Origin: Takakia lepidozioides
Taxonomy: Eukaryota > Plantae > Bryophyta
NCBI GenBank assembly: GCA_030704615.1
Contig: CM060732.1
Location: 47,058,001 to 47,122,000 of the forward strand
Direction: 5' to 3'
DNA: 64,000 nt
The notes under the pieces are model-generated. The model saw only the letters and a list, made by a program, of their open reading frames with translations, was not told the origin of the DNA and did not search any database. Each line of letters begins with the position of its first letter. Position 1 is the stretch's first letter. This document shows, one piece after another, positions 50,358 through 63,361 of this stretch. The position numbers and the translations under genes were made by a program.

Positions 50358-51401
50358 TTATTTGCCTTTGATAAAGTTGTCAAAGACTTTTCGGTCATTT
50401 GCATCAAGAACATATGTGTTTGACTTGACATTGTACTTTAAACATGCTAACGCGATAATGGAATCCAAATCAACCATCATGTTATCCGTCAAATCGTACG
50501 TATAGACCCCTCCTCGAATTTTTTGGTACCATGCTAACCCAATCTCCATATGAGAAGGACGCTCCAATAAATCAACAGAATCCCTATATTCTACAAACCG
50601 CTTATTGATTTTCTTCCGCATTCTTTGAACCCTGCCCAAATACCAAGTGCCTTTGGTTGCTCCTCTGCAGGTTTTCCTTGGTCTACCTTTCCTGTTTGTA
50701 GTTTGGATCGCAGTCTCCCCATCAACAAAAAATACAGCACAATCCGAACCAGACCGTGCATAAACATCCTCACACTCAACACACCATATGTGGAACATTG
50801 CTTGTTCTTGTTGATCCTTTGTCATCAGCTCAAACTTGTCACATCGTCCTTCTGCAGAGATTTTCCTTTCAACGGCTCTAATCTCTTTCTGCCATTTTTG
50901 AATATCGTTGGATGTAGCCAACGTGCTGCACAATCTACCAGATCTCTGCTGAAGTGCATGCTCATGTGCATGGTCTTCATTACCACCATCGCCAGCAAAG
51001 GGTGTATCAGGGTCCATCCTCATCTTGGTAGACACTGGTGCCGGGTCCTCGCCCGGTCTGTCCTCATGCAAGATCGTAGAACCACTGGAAGATAGAGGTC
51101 TTTTCAATACTTGGTCCCCATCATTTTGGTCTGAAATCTTAATGTGTACAGTATCCCCTTTCAGAACCATCCTCTCTTCTTGCTTGGCTGAAAGGACACT
51201 ACCCCCCATGGAAAGGAAAGGAAATTTTGCTGAGACAAGCTCATCACCTATAATTTCTGCTCGGATGCATTTGTATGTGACACCTTGCATAGTGAACACA
51301 GAACCAAGCCTGTTTGGTGATGCATCTCCTCCAACAAGCAGGATTTTTACTTCCAACTCTTCTTCCATGATGAGTTCACCTGCAAAATGCAATGAAAACA
51401 T
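50358..51401 (-). CDS. 347-aa ORF of unknown function inside the TIR element, probably exons of an internally deleted element gene
   Basis: Long open frame starting at an acceptor-like TTTGCAG. No catalytic motif recognised. Confidence 0.4.
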   Translation of the reverse strand: MFSLHFAGELIMEEELEVKILLVGGDASPNRLGSVFTMQGVTYKCIRAEIIGDELVSAKFPFLSMGGSVLSAKQEERMVLKGDTVHIKISDQNDGDQVLKRPLSSSGSTILHEDRPGEDPAPVSTKMRMDPDTPFAGDGGNEDHAHEHALQQRSGRLCSTLATSNDIQKWQKEIRAVERKISAEGRCDKFELMTKDQQEQAMFHIWCVECEDVYARSGSDCAVFFVDGETAIQTTNRKGRPRKTCRGATKGTWYLGRVQRMRKKINKRFVEYRDSVDLLERPSHMEIGLAWYQKIRGGVYTYDLTDNMMVDLDSIIALACLKYNVKSNTYVLDANDRKVFDNFIKGK

Positions 51402-52429
51402 TTCAAATCAGACCTTGATAGACCAATAACAAAGCACCCGGGTTGGAAGGTTCCAAAGTCCTGTTTTATACAACCCTATAGGCTGTCCAAGTAGGAACTA
51501 CGTTCATAAGAGGATGAAATGTATACAGAAGCAAGTACCTGATTGATGAGTTTGATGTTGTTAATTTTTGCTGCTGCTATTGACAAAATGCTGTTACTTC
51601 CACTGCTGGTAACCCTCTTGGGTGATCCTGAACCCACAGTCCATCCTTGCATCAGCGGCTAGCCCTCCCTCCACACTAACATATTTAAATACAAAGTTCT
51701 GTCAAACTCCCTACGATGTTGCATGAAGAAAGCTCACCTTGTTGACAATATTGTCCCACCGCTGTGGATCAAATTTATAGAACTCCTGCCAGCGCTGTTC
51801 CTTGCTCCAAATCTGGCCCTCTTGGATGATTTTGCACCCACGATCCTCTCCCTGCATCAACAGCTACCCCTCCCTCCACACTAACAATGCGTACATCATG
51901 CCTCTGCAGCTACTACTGTGGCTTCCAGTTGACCATCTACCCATCCAGGTTTCTTGTAGCTATCATTCCACATGGAATCATAGGTAATCTGGAGCTTGGA
52001 ATCCGCCATCTGGAAATCTAGGGACGACTCTGATAATAGGGAAAAACAGGCTGAAATGTGTTGAAGAAGGTACCTTCATTAGCAGTCCCTTGTTCTATCT
52101 ATTATCTTTTTTTAGGTACTGTCATGCTACCACCTCGGCAGCAACTTGCAAAGTCACTCCAGAGCACCGCAGATCCACCCAACGAGCTAACTTACAGAAT
52201 TCAATACATATGCTTCAGGGCTGAGTCTGTTGAGAGGGAAAAACAGGCTGAAACAGGTCAAACCAGAAGGTGCCCTCAGGCTGAAATACGTTGAAGAATG
52301 TACCTTTCATCAGCAGTGCCTTGCTTTATCAATTGCGCTGTTGCCGCTGCTGTTTCCAGTTGACCATCCACCCACATTGTCCCACCATTGACTGGGGTCA
52401 GAAAAGTGTCTCATTCCAAAGCTTCTCTT

Positions 52430-53122
52430 CATCTCTGTGGTGCTATTGTAGGGTGACTTCAATGCCCAAGTGGACAAAGGGCTCCATCAGGACGATATCA
52501 TTGGGTCTTCTGGTGAGGACGAGCTGAATTCTAATGGTAGACGGTTAATTAACTGTCTGGAAGAGCTTCAGCTTTTGACCTTGATTAACAAGACAAGAGG
52601 TGACCAAGTGCAGTGGACTCGTGAGAAATCCCAAACTGGGGAACGTTCCATTGTGGACTATATCATAATGGACAAAAATTTGTTCCCCCAGTGTGCCAAA
52701 TGTGTTGATCGACAGAACTGATATTGGTACCTCTGACCACTTTCTGGACTGAGATCAAAAGGTGTTTTCCCAAGGCCAGAGTAGAAGAGATTCTCAAGGA
52801 CCTGGACCTGGATCCGCAAGTCTTGACCCTGCTGGATAAATCAGACTTAGAGGCTGTAGTGTCCAAAGCCATGTCTATTGCCATGAGATTGTCTGATGAA
52901 AATGAAGTTAGGCATAAAACTTCCCTGAACTTGTTTCTAGTCAGTGACATGGGGGAGGACATCTTGGATGACCTCAAGGGTCCACCCACTCTCGGCACTA
53001 GACTGAAATTTAAACTCAGGGAAGGAAGCCTACCTTTGAACATGAAACAGAAGCAGAGAGGAAAGGGGGAGTGCACTCTCCCAAGTGAACCTGCATCATT
53101 CAGTTGGCAAGACCGTGTCTGA
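52430..53122 (+). pseudogene. LINE remnant (APE endonuclease C-terminal half joined to ORF2 tail)
   Basis: GDFNA, NSNGRRL, SIVDYII, then ...LKFKLREGSLPL. Confidence 0.7.
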
Positions 53123-53654
53123 AAAATTGATCCATTTGAAGACACCACGGTGCAGCTGAGCACAGCCTGACATGACAACAATTAAACATCATATTGAGAC
53201 AAGAGAAGCAGTCAAGGACACAGTCATGCATATGGCAGCAAGTGATCACCCTTCAAACATGATTGAAAAACATACATGAGGTCAAAGGCAATAAGAAATC
53301 AGCGAAGGGTACTGCAGCTAACAGTTGGAGTGTCTTTAAAGACAAAGGGAAGAGAAAGAAACACTTCACTGGCAATGAGGGGAGGCTGTGGAAACGCCAA
53401 GAGGATGGCACAAATGATAGAAATAACAGGGCTGGGCAAAGGATCCTGCAGGAAGAAGAAAGGGTATGTCAGCATGGAAAGGACGTGCGGCTCATTCCAA
53501 CAGAAAGGGGAACATTCGTGCAGTTAAGTACAACAACCAATTGCCCTTCAATTATGGCTGGAATTTTCCAAAAGGCGAGGGATGATAAGGATGAGATTGT
53601 ACTCATAAGACGTTGTTTGCCGTAGCCTTGTGGCCATTGACCCCGCGCCCAGTT

Positions 53655-54626
53655 TCAGTGGGAACAAAACGAACAGGGCTGACGTTGGTAGTAAGACTTA
53701 CCATCGTATAAGGAATTAATCCGGGTTTTCCAGATATCCTCTAGAAAACCCTTCACACAAGCATCAATCTGCTGTGTGTGATTTGCCCAAAAACTAGGCC
53801 TCAGGAGGGCCTGGGCTTTTGGCTCAGCCTCGAGACTTTCAAAGTTGGTAAACAGGGGTACAAGCACAATTCCCTTGATAGAATTGAAGAGAGCCTCTCT
53901 TTGGTGAGAGAACCCGGACAGCGTATCAGAAAATGAATACTGTCTTCAGATTGCCCACACAACGGACAATTGCACTCTCCCTTTCCTCTCTACTAACAAG
54001 CTGATTGATATCTTTCCGGAGCTGATAGTACCTCGCCCACAATTCTCTGTTGGTTTTCAAATTGCAGCACTCTTTATAGAGGGCTCGTCCTCACCAAAAG
54101 GCCCAATGATATCGTCCTGATGGAGCCCTTTGCCCACCCGGGCATTGAAGTCACCCAATAGCACTACCTGACCTTTGGCAAAGAACGAAGCACAGTCCAG
54201 CTTTACATCTTCGAAGGCTTTGTCTGCGTCAGCACTAAGGGTCCCCTTTGTGGGCATGTAAACACAACCCACAAAGAGGTCCTTCGTACTCATGCCGCCC
54301 TTCAGATTCAGTTTTAGCCAGATACTATGTTCGTACCTCAAACCCTTGTTGATAATTTCACAATTATCAAACAAGAAATCACGGACAAAGAATCCAACCC
54401 CTTTTTTACCGCGTTTGGCAGAGGCTGCCTTGAGAGTACACATCCTACCTGCCCATTTATAACCATTGACATCTCCAACCAGTTTATCCGAAGTTTCCCA
54501 TGTTTCTTGCCCAGCACAGATATGAATATCATTAGTCCGAAGGACTTGTCCCACTTCGAGTTGTTTCCTTTGGTTAGTAAGCCCTAAGAAGTTGAAAGTG
54601 GCCAGCCGCAAGCCAGCCCTTTGCAT
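53655..54626 (-). pseudogene. LINE remnant (APE endonuclease N-terminal half joined to C-terminal zinc finger)
   Basis: ATFN..GL, QETW, GVGFFV, VYMP, LLGDFNARVG, then CPLCG...HFLIRCP. Confidence 0.8.
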
Positions 54627-55515
54627 GTGAATTGTTTGTCGTCTAGGTAGCTTGGGATTGCTCCTGGACGCCCAACCGTTCTACAAAGGGGGGACAGTTA
54701 CCCCATGTGTAGATTTTGCTCGTCTTGTGTAAACTCTTGAGTACCAAATCCTTCAGATTCAGGACGTTCAGGTTCTGTACACTTAGGGGCATCTTGTCCC
54801 TCTGGCTGTTTGGATTCAATAAGGATGAGAATAGGCCTGATACAGTGAGTACAACCATTGTGTCACGCCAATCATTATTAGGAAAGAAAATAGGCCTAAT
54901 GTGCTCATTACCTCTGATGACTGGGAATCTTGATGCCCATGTCCTCCTGTCATTGCTGCACAACAATCCGCCACCACACCCGCATATCATCACCGATCAG
55001 CCCAGGCCTGCCCCACATTCCCGCGCACTTACTTCATCCCCTTCGATTCCTGCCCTCTACATACATCACAACCTCAAACCTTCTCCCAAGTCAGTGCCCT
55101 CACCACATTCTGGTGCCCTCACCACATTGTCCTACCATGCCCTGTGGAGAGGAGGGGAGAGGAGAGGAGGAAAAAGAGAAAGCCCGCGGAAGGGAAGGCG
55201 AACGCGGGAGAGGAGGAGAAAGAAAAGAGAAAGCCGCGGGAGGTCAGGGGAGAAAGATCGTGGAGCGAAAAAAAAAAAAAAAAACAAACATACAAAACGA
55301 CGATTCCACGATTCGATCCCGGGATGCATCGCGGCGGAATCGCCATTCTTACCACTATACTATCCCTAAAAACTCAACAACCCCCTCCTGTAAAATTATA
55401 TTTAAGGTGTTTTAAACCCCCTCTGTATGTATAATGTTGTACATGGGGGGTTTAAAATACCCCCTCCTGTGCACGCACGTGGCTGGTACATTTAATGAGG
55501 AGTGCACCCCCCGGG

Positions 55516-58500
55516 TAACAGCCCTGCTTGCTTTTTGTACTCGCTCCAGTTTTGTTGGCATGTGGTGCATGTCTTGACATACTCCTCTGCCTCCTCCCTC
55601 AGTTTGGGCCAGAAATACTCTTTCTTCAAGAGTGCCGCAGTGCGCTTGGCTCCGCCGTGGCCCGCAAGCGGGCTATCATGGCATTCTCTCAAGAGGCTAT
55701 CTCTGATCCCTCCCTTCGGCACGTAGAGACGCTTTTGCTTATACCGGAGCAGTCCATTTTGCAAGTGGAACTGCGATTTAACCCCCATCCTCAAGTCCTG
55801 CATCACGGACTTCGCCAGCTCATCCTTCCGGCAAGCCTTCCGGATCTTCCTTTGGAGCGCCGTCTCGCCCTTGTACACCAACAAGAGCTGCTGCTTTCTA
55901 CTTAAAGCATCGGCCACCACGTTGTCTCGCCCCGGTTTGTACTGGATATCCACGTCGAACACCGCCAAAGTATCTTGCCACCTAAGTTGTTTTGGGGACA
56001 ACTTGGGCTGCGTGGCAAAATACTTCACCGTGACATTGTCCGTGAACACCTTCACTGGGTTGGAACCAACATAGTGGCGCCAAAGCTCAAGGCAATGCAC
56101 CACCGCCTTCATCTCTTTTTCGTGCGTCGGCCACCGTCACTCCACTTCGTTCAGTTTCTTACTTTCGTAAGCCACTGGACGTCCATCTTGCATAAGTACA
56201 CCCCCAATTGCGAAGTCCGACACATCTGTATGAATCTCAAATGGACGATCGAACTCCGGGATTTTCAAGACTGGAGCTTCCGCCATCCGCTACTTCAATT
56301 CAGCAAAAGCTTGGCCACAAAAGGTGTTCCATGCCCAGACTTTAGATTTACATAGAAGGTCTGACAGCGGCCCCGCGATTTTGGCGAAATTTCTCACATA
56401 CTTCCGGTAATAGGAGGCGAGTCCTAGGAAGGATCGCACTCCCGGGACCGAAGTCGGAGGCTCCCAGTCCAAGATCGCCCTCACCTTTCTGTCATCCATT
56501 TTGATCCCATCCTGTGTAATCACATGCCCCAGGAACTCCACTTTTGTGACCCCGAATTCGCACTTTGAAGCTTTGGCATACAGCTTCCCTTCTCGCAATT
56601 TTTGGAACACCCTTTTTAGGTGCTCCAGGTGCTCTTCCTTTGTTTTCGAGTACACCAAGATGTCGTCGATGTACACGATCACAAAGTCATCCAACCACTC
56701 CTGGAAAAGGCTGTTCATCAGCGTGCTAAATGTTGCTGGTGCATTGGTGAGCCCAAAAGGCATCACCAAGAACTCATATGAACCATACCTTGTCCTGCAC
56801 GCGGTCTTCTCCTCATCTCCTTCCGCCACCCGAATTTGATGATAGCCGGAGCGCAAATCGATCCGGCTGAAATACTTCGCTCCTGCCAACCGATCGAAGA
56901 GGTCGTCGATCCTTGGCAAAGGGTACCGGTTTTTTATAGTCACTTTATTCAGAGCCCTGTAATCGACACACATCCGCAGTGTCCCATCCTTCTTGTCTGC
57001 AAATAGCACCGGGGCTCCGTAAGGTGACTTACTCGGCCGGATGTACCCCTTTGACATTAGATCCTTCAGCTGAGTCTTCAGCTCGACCAACTCCCTGTGG
57101 CTCAACCGGTAGGGCGCCTTGGCAAGCGGTTCCGATCCCGGTATCACCTCAATCTTGTGGTCAACTCCTCTTCGCGGTAGCAAGCCGCTTGGCAAATCCT
57201 CCGGCATCACATCATGGTATTTCTCCAAAATCCCCTTGATCCAATCTGGGCTCGGCTCTCCATCGCCTTCTCCCTTCACTTCTCTAATGTAGAGCAAAAA
57301 CTGGGGCTCGTGTGCCTCCTCCACGGCCCACTCCCTTGCTGACAGAAGGTTTATTCGCCCTCCCACGAGTTTGGGCGTTTCCGAAACTCGTAAGACCTCG
57401 CCACCATTCCAACATGGCATCGTGACTACCCTCTTGCGGCCATCTATGACCGCTCCGGATCTGCTCAAAAAGGTCATCCCCAAAATGAGATCCACTCCAT
57501 CGATCTCGCAGACGGTGAAGTTCTCACGTCCCTCCCAACTCCCCAGTTGAAGAGGAACATCGAACGCCAACCTCGTCGCCAACTGCGGTTCTCCTTTGGT
57601 AGAACGCACCTCAATAGAGGCCCCTACGTTAGTTGTCGAAAGTCCCAGCTTTTTTGCCGTTGCCGGTGTCATGAAGGAGTGCGACGCTCCTGTGTCCACC
57701 AACAATGACACATTAGTTCCGGATATTATCCCATCCATGAACAATAAGTGACTCCCTTTACGCAATGCGCCAGTTTCCTGATACAACTCACAAGAATATT
57801 TGCCTACCTTGCAAGTCCTGGCGACCACCGCTTCCACCAGGCGACTGATGGTATCTTCCGACAGCTCCGTGGTTGCCCGAGTCATGTTCAATTGTCGGGG
57901 CTTGGTGCACTTCTTGGCCATGTGCCCGGGCTCTCCGCAATTGAAACACACTCCATCAAAGGTCGCCTTCTGTCCGCCATAAGCCGCTCCACCCGCTTTT
58001 CCTTTTGAAGCACCGGGTGCCGCCTTGACGTGTGAAGGCCCTCCCTTCGATTTCCACGTGCCATTGTCGCCGAGTGGCCTATCCCACTTCTTTTCCGGTC
58101 GGAAGGAGTCACCTTCCCGCCGGGTCTTCTTGTGGTTCAGCTCCGTACGGCCTTGTCTTTCACCCCTAGGAACATCTGAGAAACATTCAGCCCTCTCAAT
58201 TGCCTCGTTCAAAGTCTTAGGTGGCTTCTCCTCCAACTTCCGCCTGGCCCATGGGGCCAGTCCCGCCACAAAGTTGAAGACCATTTTCGGTTCTGCCATG
58301 TCCGCGACTTCGAGCAAAAGCACATTGAAGGCCTGGACATATCCCCGAATGTCGTCTGTTTGCTTCAAATTCCTCATCTTGTCCCGGGCAAGCCAGGACG
58401 CGTTGAGGGGCACAAACTGTCTCTTCATCAATTCCTTGAACCCACTCCAGTTCAAGGTTTCCAGACTTGGACCTCGGTCGTGAAGGCGTTTCTGCCACCA

Positions 58501-59022
58501 TTGTTGAGCATAGCCCCTCAAATAGGTGGGAGCCACTTCCACCCGATCCTCGTCACTCAACATGGCCGCCCGGAAGTACTGCTCTAGCTCTAGGAGCCAA
58601 GTGTTGAGTGCCTTCCGATTTCGGACGCCCTCGTAGGTGCCGGGTTCCTTAGGCTTCACCTTAAACTTTGCCTTAGTGGAAGTGGCATTAGCCGCCCTCA
58701 ACACGTCTTTCAACGTCCCGCCAAACTGCGCCAACAACCCTTCCCAAAAGGCTGCCGGCATGGGAGGCATCTCTTGGTTTGTCGGGGCTCTCAAGGATTC
58801 CTCGGGCTCCGACTCCTCGGATTCCTCCCGCTCTTGAGCGGCCTCGTTTTCGGAAACATGCATCGCTTCCTCAGACGGCCGCCTCGGTGACACGTCGCCC
58901 CCATCAGGCTCACCAGGATCATCATCTTTTGGGCCGTTCCGCTTTCGCTTCGGCTTGCCCAACCCCATGATGAGGCCAATCCCAAGGACGATCGCGTACT
59001 GAACTCTAAGCTCTGATACCAA
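55516..59022 (-). pseudogene. Chromovirus gag-PR-RT-RNase H-integrase zinc finger (in-frame stop at 56290)
   Basis: CFNCGEPGH...[43 protein letters not shown]. Confidence 0.95.
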
Positions 59023-59829
59023 ATGTCACGCACCTCACTTCGGTAAGCTCCCCCTCAAGTCATAGTTACTCACTTTGATGCGCGCGCCTGACTCCCAACC
59101 TGGCCGCCGGGCCAACTTGGAGCTTCGGCTGCTCACCGGGGCATAACGGTCCCCCTTTGTTCTCCCGAAGAACCCTCCACCGATTTGGAACCAGCGGGAA
59201 TTCCCTTTGGTAGTTGGCAGTCCGGAACAGCTCCCCACTCTTTGGTCGCTTTCCGGCTCGCTCGCTTACTCACTAGTTTTTTGTCACCAACGGGCTTGCA
59301 CCGTTCTCGGGGTTACTACTCCCTATATATACTTCTGTAGCTGTCCGCGGGGGTTTCACAACCAGCCATGCCATTTTATGGCGAACCACCACGAAAACCC
59401 TCGATTCCCGGTGATGAGTCGCGGTGAGTCTTGGCCCACTCACCACGACCCCTATGGACCGTGATGAGTCCCAAGACTCCCCACGACTCCCACCACGAGG
59501 TCTCCGCCCCCATGGTGAGTCCTATGCCACCCCCACTAAGTCCCGCTAAGCTACCACCACCCCTTGTGGAGCCACCCCCACCGCAACCCGGTGTGCGGGG
59601 CTCCACCTAGTGAGCGCCTCCACCTCCGTGAGTGCCTTGGGCACTCAAGGGTGCTTCAGCCCCCCATACCTATCGCTGCCGCTGCCCCCACCACAGGGGC
59701 AGCCCCTCATGTGTCCCGACCCCCTGCCCTCAAGGCAAAGGGCCGTGACAACCGCATCCAAATACGGTTAACAATGTCCAATTTTTATTTTGGATACATG
59801 CTACAACAACCCTTGTTGCAAACGTCAAA

Positions 59830-60031
59830 TTTGGGCTGCATGGAGGATCTTCTTGGACATGCAGGGCAGTTGGATGAGGCAGAGGACTTCATCAAGAACA
59901 TGTCAATGGAACCAGATGCTTCGGTGTGGCGAATCTTACTCGGTGCCTGCAATCTTCATGGTGATGTGGACCTTACAGAACGGGCAGCAAAATGCCTCCT
60001 GAAGCTAGGTCCACAGGACCCTGGAACTTAG
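59830..60031 (+). pseudogene. Fragment of PLS-class PPR gene (S2/E motif)
   Basis: CM.DLLG.AGQLDEAEDFIKNM.MEPDASVW..LLGAC.LHG.V. Confidence 0.85.
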
Positions 60032-60594
60032 CTATTGACTCTAAGAGTCACCATTATGTCATCAAGAGTTTTTTTGACTGATTGTATTCAATTGCAGTAA
60101 AGATATGGTCAACTGTAACCCTTGCTGACTCTGAGAATGGATATTGCAAGAGTCATACATATACTCTAGAGGCAGCGTGGGGAGCCCTTGTTTCCACCGG
60201 AGGAGGAAGAGAATGAAGTCGTTATACTTTACGAGCACTAGGGACAGGAATAGAGCCAGATATAGAATGAGGATGGAAAGAGTAGACGAAGAGGAAAAGG
60301 AGGAAGAAGAGGGCAAAGAGGAAAGTTTGGCGATGGAAGAGCAGGATTCTGGAGAAGAACAATAGCCCGCCATACTTCCAAGAACAGGTGAGTAGGAGAC
60401 TGCATCCGAGGGAGAGACAGACGCCGAAGATGATGTTGATGCTGGCCTCACGAAGAAGCAGATAGTGGAAAAGAGGATGGGGGAGATGCTCCAGAACATG
60501 CTCGGAGTAGAGAGCAGTCCGAAGCGCAAAGGGTCTCCGGCGATTGGGGAGTTTTCTGGAGCACCAAAAAAAAGGTACAAGTGATGTCCAAACC

Positions 60595-63300
60595 TACTTG
60601 GAAGCTCAAACAGAGTGCGGCAACGCACACTGTTTGAGATCCACATTTGTGCTTCATTTTTGATGTGAAAATCGGCCAATTTGGGCCTCTCTGTCTGGTT
60701 CAATTCACCACTGACTGGAATACACAGTTTCAGACCCCATTTGTGCTTGTCTTTTTTATATGAAAATCGCCTACATACGGTATCTCTCTCTAGTTCAATC
60801 CACTCGTATTAAGAAGCTCAAACAGTGTGCGGCAACACACACCGCTTGAGCCCCAACTTTGTGCTTGTTTTTTTATACGAAAATCGGCCCCAAAACGGGC
60901 CTGTCTGTCTGGTTCAATCCTCCACTATTTGGAAGCTCAAACAGTGTGCGGCAATGCACACTGCTTCAGCTCCAACTTTGTGCTTGTTTTACATACGAAA
61001 ATCGGCCACAATCGGGCCTGTCTGTCTGGTTCAATCCACCACTATTTGGAAGCTCAAACAATGTGCGGCAACGCACACTGTTTAAGCCCCCCTTCTCATT
61101 GTTTTTTTCATATGAAAATCGTGCACACAGGGGCCTCTCTGTAAGGTTCATTCAACCCCTACTTGGAAGCTCAAACAGTGTGCGGCAACGCACACTGTGT
61201 GAGCCCCCACTTGACATTATTTTTTCATGTTGAAATCGGCCACATAGGGCATCTCTGTCAGGATCAATCCACACTTACCTGGCAGCTCAAAAAGTGTGCG
61301 TCAATGCACACTGTTTGAGCCCCCCTTTTGCCTTGTTTTTATGGTGCGGAAATCGTGCACACAGAGCCATTTCGGCAGGTTGAATCCACACTTATTTGGC
61401 AGCTCAAACAGTGCGCGTCAACGCACACTGTTGTGACGCACACTGTTTGAGCCCCCCTTCTCATTGTTTGTTTCATGTCAAAATCAACCACATAGGGCAT
61501 GTGTTTTGAGGTACAACCACAATTACCTGGCAGCTCAAACAGTGTGCGTCAATGCACACTGTTTGAGCCCCCCTTCTCATTGTTTAATTCATGTAAAAAT
61601 CGGCCACATATGGCATCTCTGACAGGCTGAATCCACACTTAAGTGGCAGCTCAAACAGTGTGCGTCAACGCACAGTGTTTGAGCCCCCCTTTTGCCTTGT
61701 TTTCGGTGTGGAAATCGTGCACACAGGGCCACTCCGGCAAGTTGAATCCACACTTACCTGGCAGCTCAAACAGTGTGCGTCAACGCACACTATTTGAGCC
61801 CCCCTTCTCATTGTTTGTTTCATTTCAAAATCGGCCACATAGGGCATGTGTTTTGAGGTACAACCACAATTACCTGGCAGCTCAAACAGTGTGCGTCAAC
61901 GCACACTGTTTGAGCCCCCCTTCTCATTGTGTGTTTCATGTCAAAATCGGCCACATAGGGCATCTCTTTTGAGGTTGAACCACAATTACCTGGCAGCTCA
62001 AACAGTGTGCATCAACGCACACTGTTTGAGCCCCCCTTTTGCCTTGTTTTTGGGTGTGGAAATGTTGCACACAGGGCCACTCTGGCATGTTCAATCCACC
62101 CTTTATTGGAAGCTCAAACATTGTGCAGGAACGCACAATGTTTGAGCCCCCTTTGTCATTGTTTGTTTCATGTGAAAATTGTGCACACAGGGACCTCTCT
62201 ATGTAAGGTTCAATCCACCCTTTATTGGAAGCTCAAACATTGTGCAGGAACGCACAATGTTTGAGCCCCCTTTGTCATTGTTTGTTTCATGTGAAAATCG
62301 TGCACACAGGGACCTCTCTATGTAAGGTTCAATCCACCCCTATTGGGAAGCTCAAACTGTGTGCGGCAACGCACACTGTCTGAGCCCCCTTTTGTGCTTG
62401 TTTTTTTATGTGAAAAATGGCCACATAGGGCCACTATGCCATGTTGAATCCACCCCTTATTGGAAGCTCAAACAGTGTGCGACAACGCACACTTTTTGAG
62501 CCCCCTTTGTCATTGCTTGTTCGGCCACCATGGGCCCACTCTGCAGGTTGTAAATACCCCTCATTGGAAGCTCGAACAGTGTGCGGCACACGCACAGTGT
62601 TTGTGCCCCCTTCAGTGCCTATTTTTTGATTTGAAAATTGGCCACTCATAGCCACTATGCCATTTTCAAATCACCCCTTATTGGAAGCTCAAACAGTGTG
62701 TGGCAACGCACACTGTTTGAGCCCCATTTTTTTCTTGTTTTTTGATGAGAAAATCGGGCACCTAGGGCCACTCTGGCAGGTTGAATCCACCCCTTATGGG
62801 AAGCTTGTTTTTCATGTTCAAAACGGTCACAAATGACATCTCTCTCAGGTTCAATCCACACTTACCTGGCAGCTACAGTGTGCGGCAACGCACACTGTTT
62901 GAGCACCCCTTGTCATTGTTTTTTTCATGTGAAAATCGTGCACACAGGGGCCTCTCTGTAAGGTTGATTCCACCCCTATTTCGAAGCTCAATCTGTGTGC
63001 GGCAACGCACACTGTTTGAGCCCCCACTTGACATTATTGTTTCAAGGTAAATATGGCCACGAATGGCCTCTCTGTCCACACTTACCTGGCAGCTCAAACA
63101 GTGTGCGGCAACGCCCACTGTTTGAACACCCATTGTCATTGTTTCTTTATGTGAAAATTGTGCACACAGGGGCCTCTCTGTAAGGTTCATTCCACCCCTA
63201 TTTGGAAGCTCAAATAGTGTGCGGCAACGCACACTAGTTTTGGCCCGCACAATGCTTGTTTTCTCATGTGAAATTGGGCCACATCGGGCCTGCTTGCCAT
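60595..63300 (+). repeat. Tandem array of ~22-24 units of ~117 bp, each with a 36-bp palindrome
   Basis: GCTCAAACAGTGTGCG-GCAA-CGCACACTGTTTGAGC recurs at e.g. 60935, 61052, 61169, 61284 and 61402. Confidence 0.95.
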
Positions 63301-63361
63301 GCTCAAAACACCATCTGTTCTTGCCTCTCTCTTATATCAATTTGAATGAACAACCGTGTAG

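Larger units (their letters stand above)
50055..55515. mobile_element. TIR DNA element (CCCGGGGGGTGCACTC termini) with 8-10 bp TSD, inserted in the chromovirus integrase
   Basis: 16-bp perfect TIR. (G)TAACAGCC(C) is duplicated on both sides. CCCC(T)CTGTA subterminal repeats at both ends. Confidence 0.9.
47310..59750 (-). mobile_element. Full-length chromovirus (Ty3/Gypsy) with LTRs 47310-48032 and 59024-59750, TSD ACCGC
   Basis: Near-identical TG...CA LTRs. TSD at 47305-47309 and 59751-59755. tRNA-iMet PBS TGGTATCAGAGC at 59010-59021. PPT near 48033-48045. Confidence 0.97.

Noticed and set aside
60595-63300. CRISPR-like array (36-bp palindromic repeats with regular spacing)
   Set aside because: The ~80-bp intervening sequences are homologous to each other rather than unique spacers, there are no cas genes, and the context is eukaryotic. 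It is a satellite.
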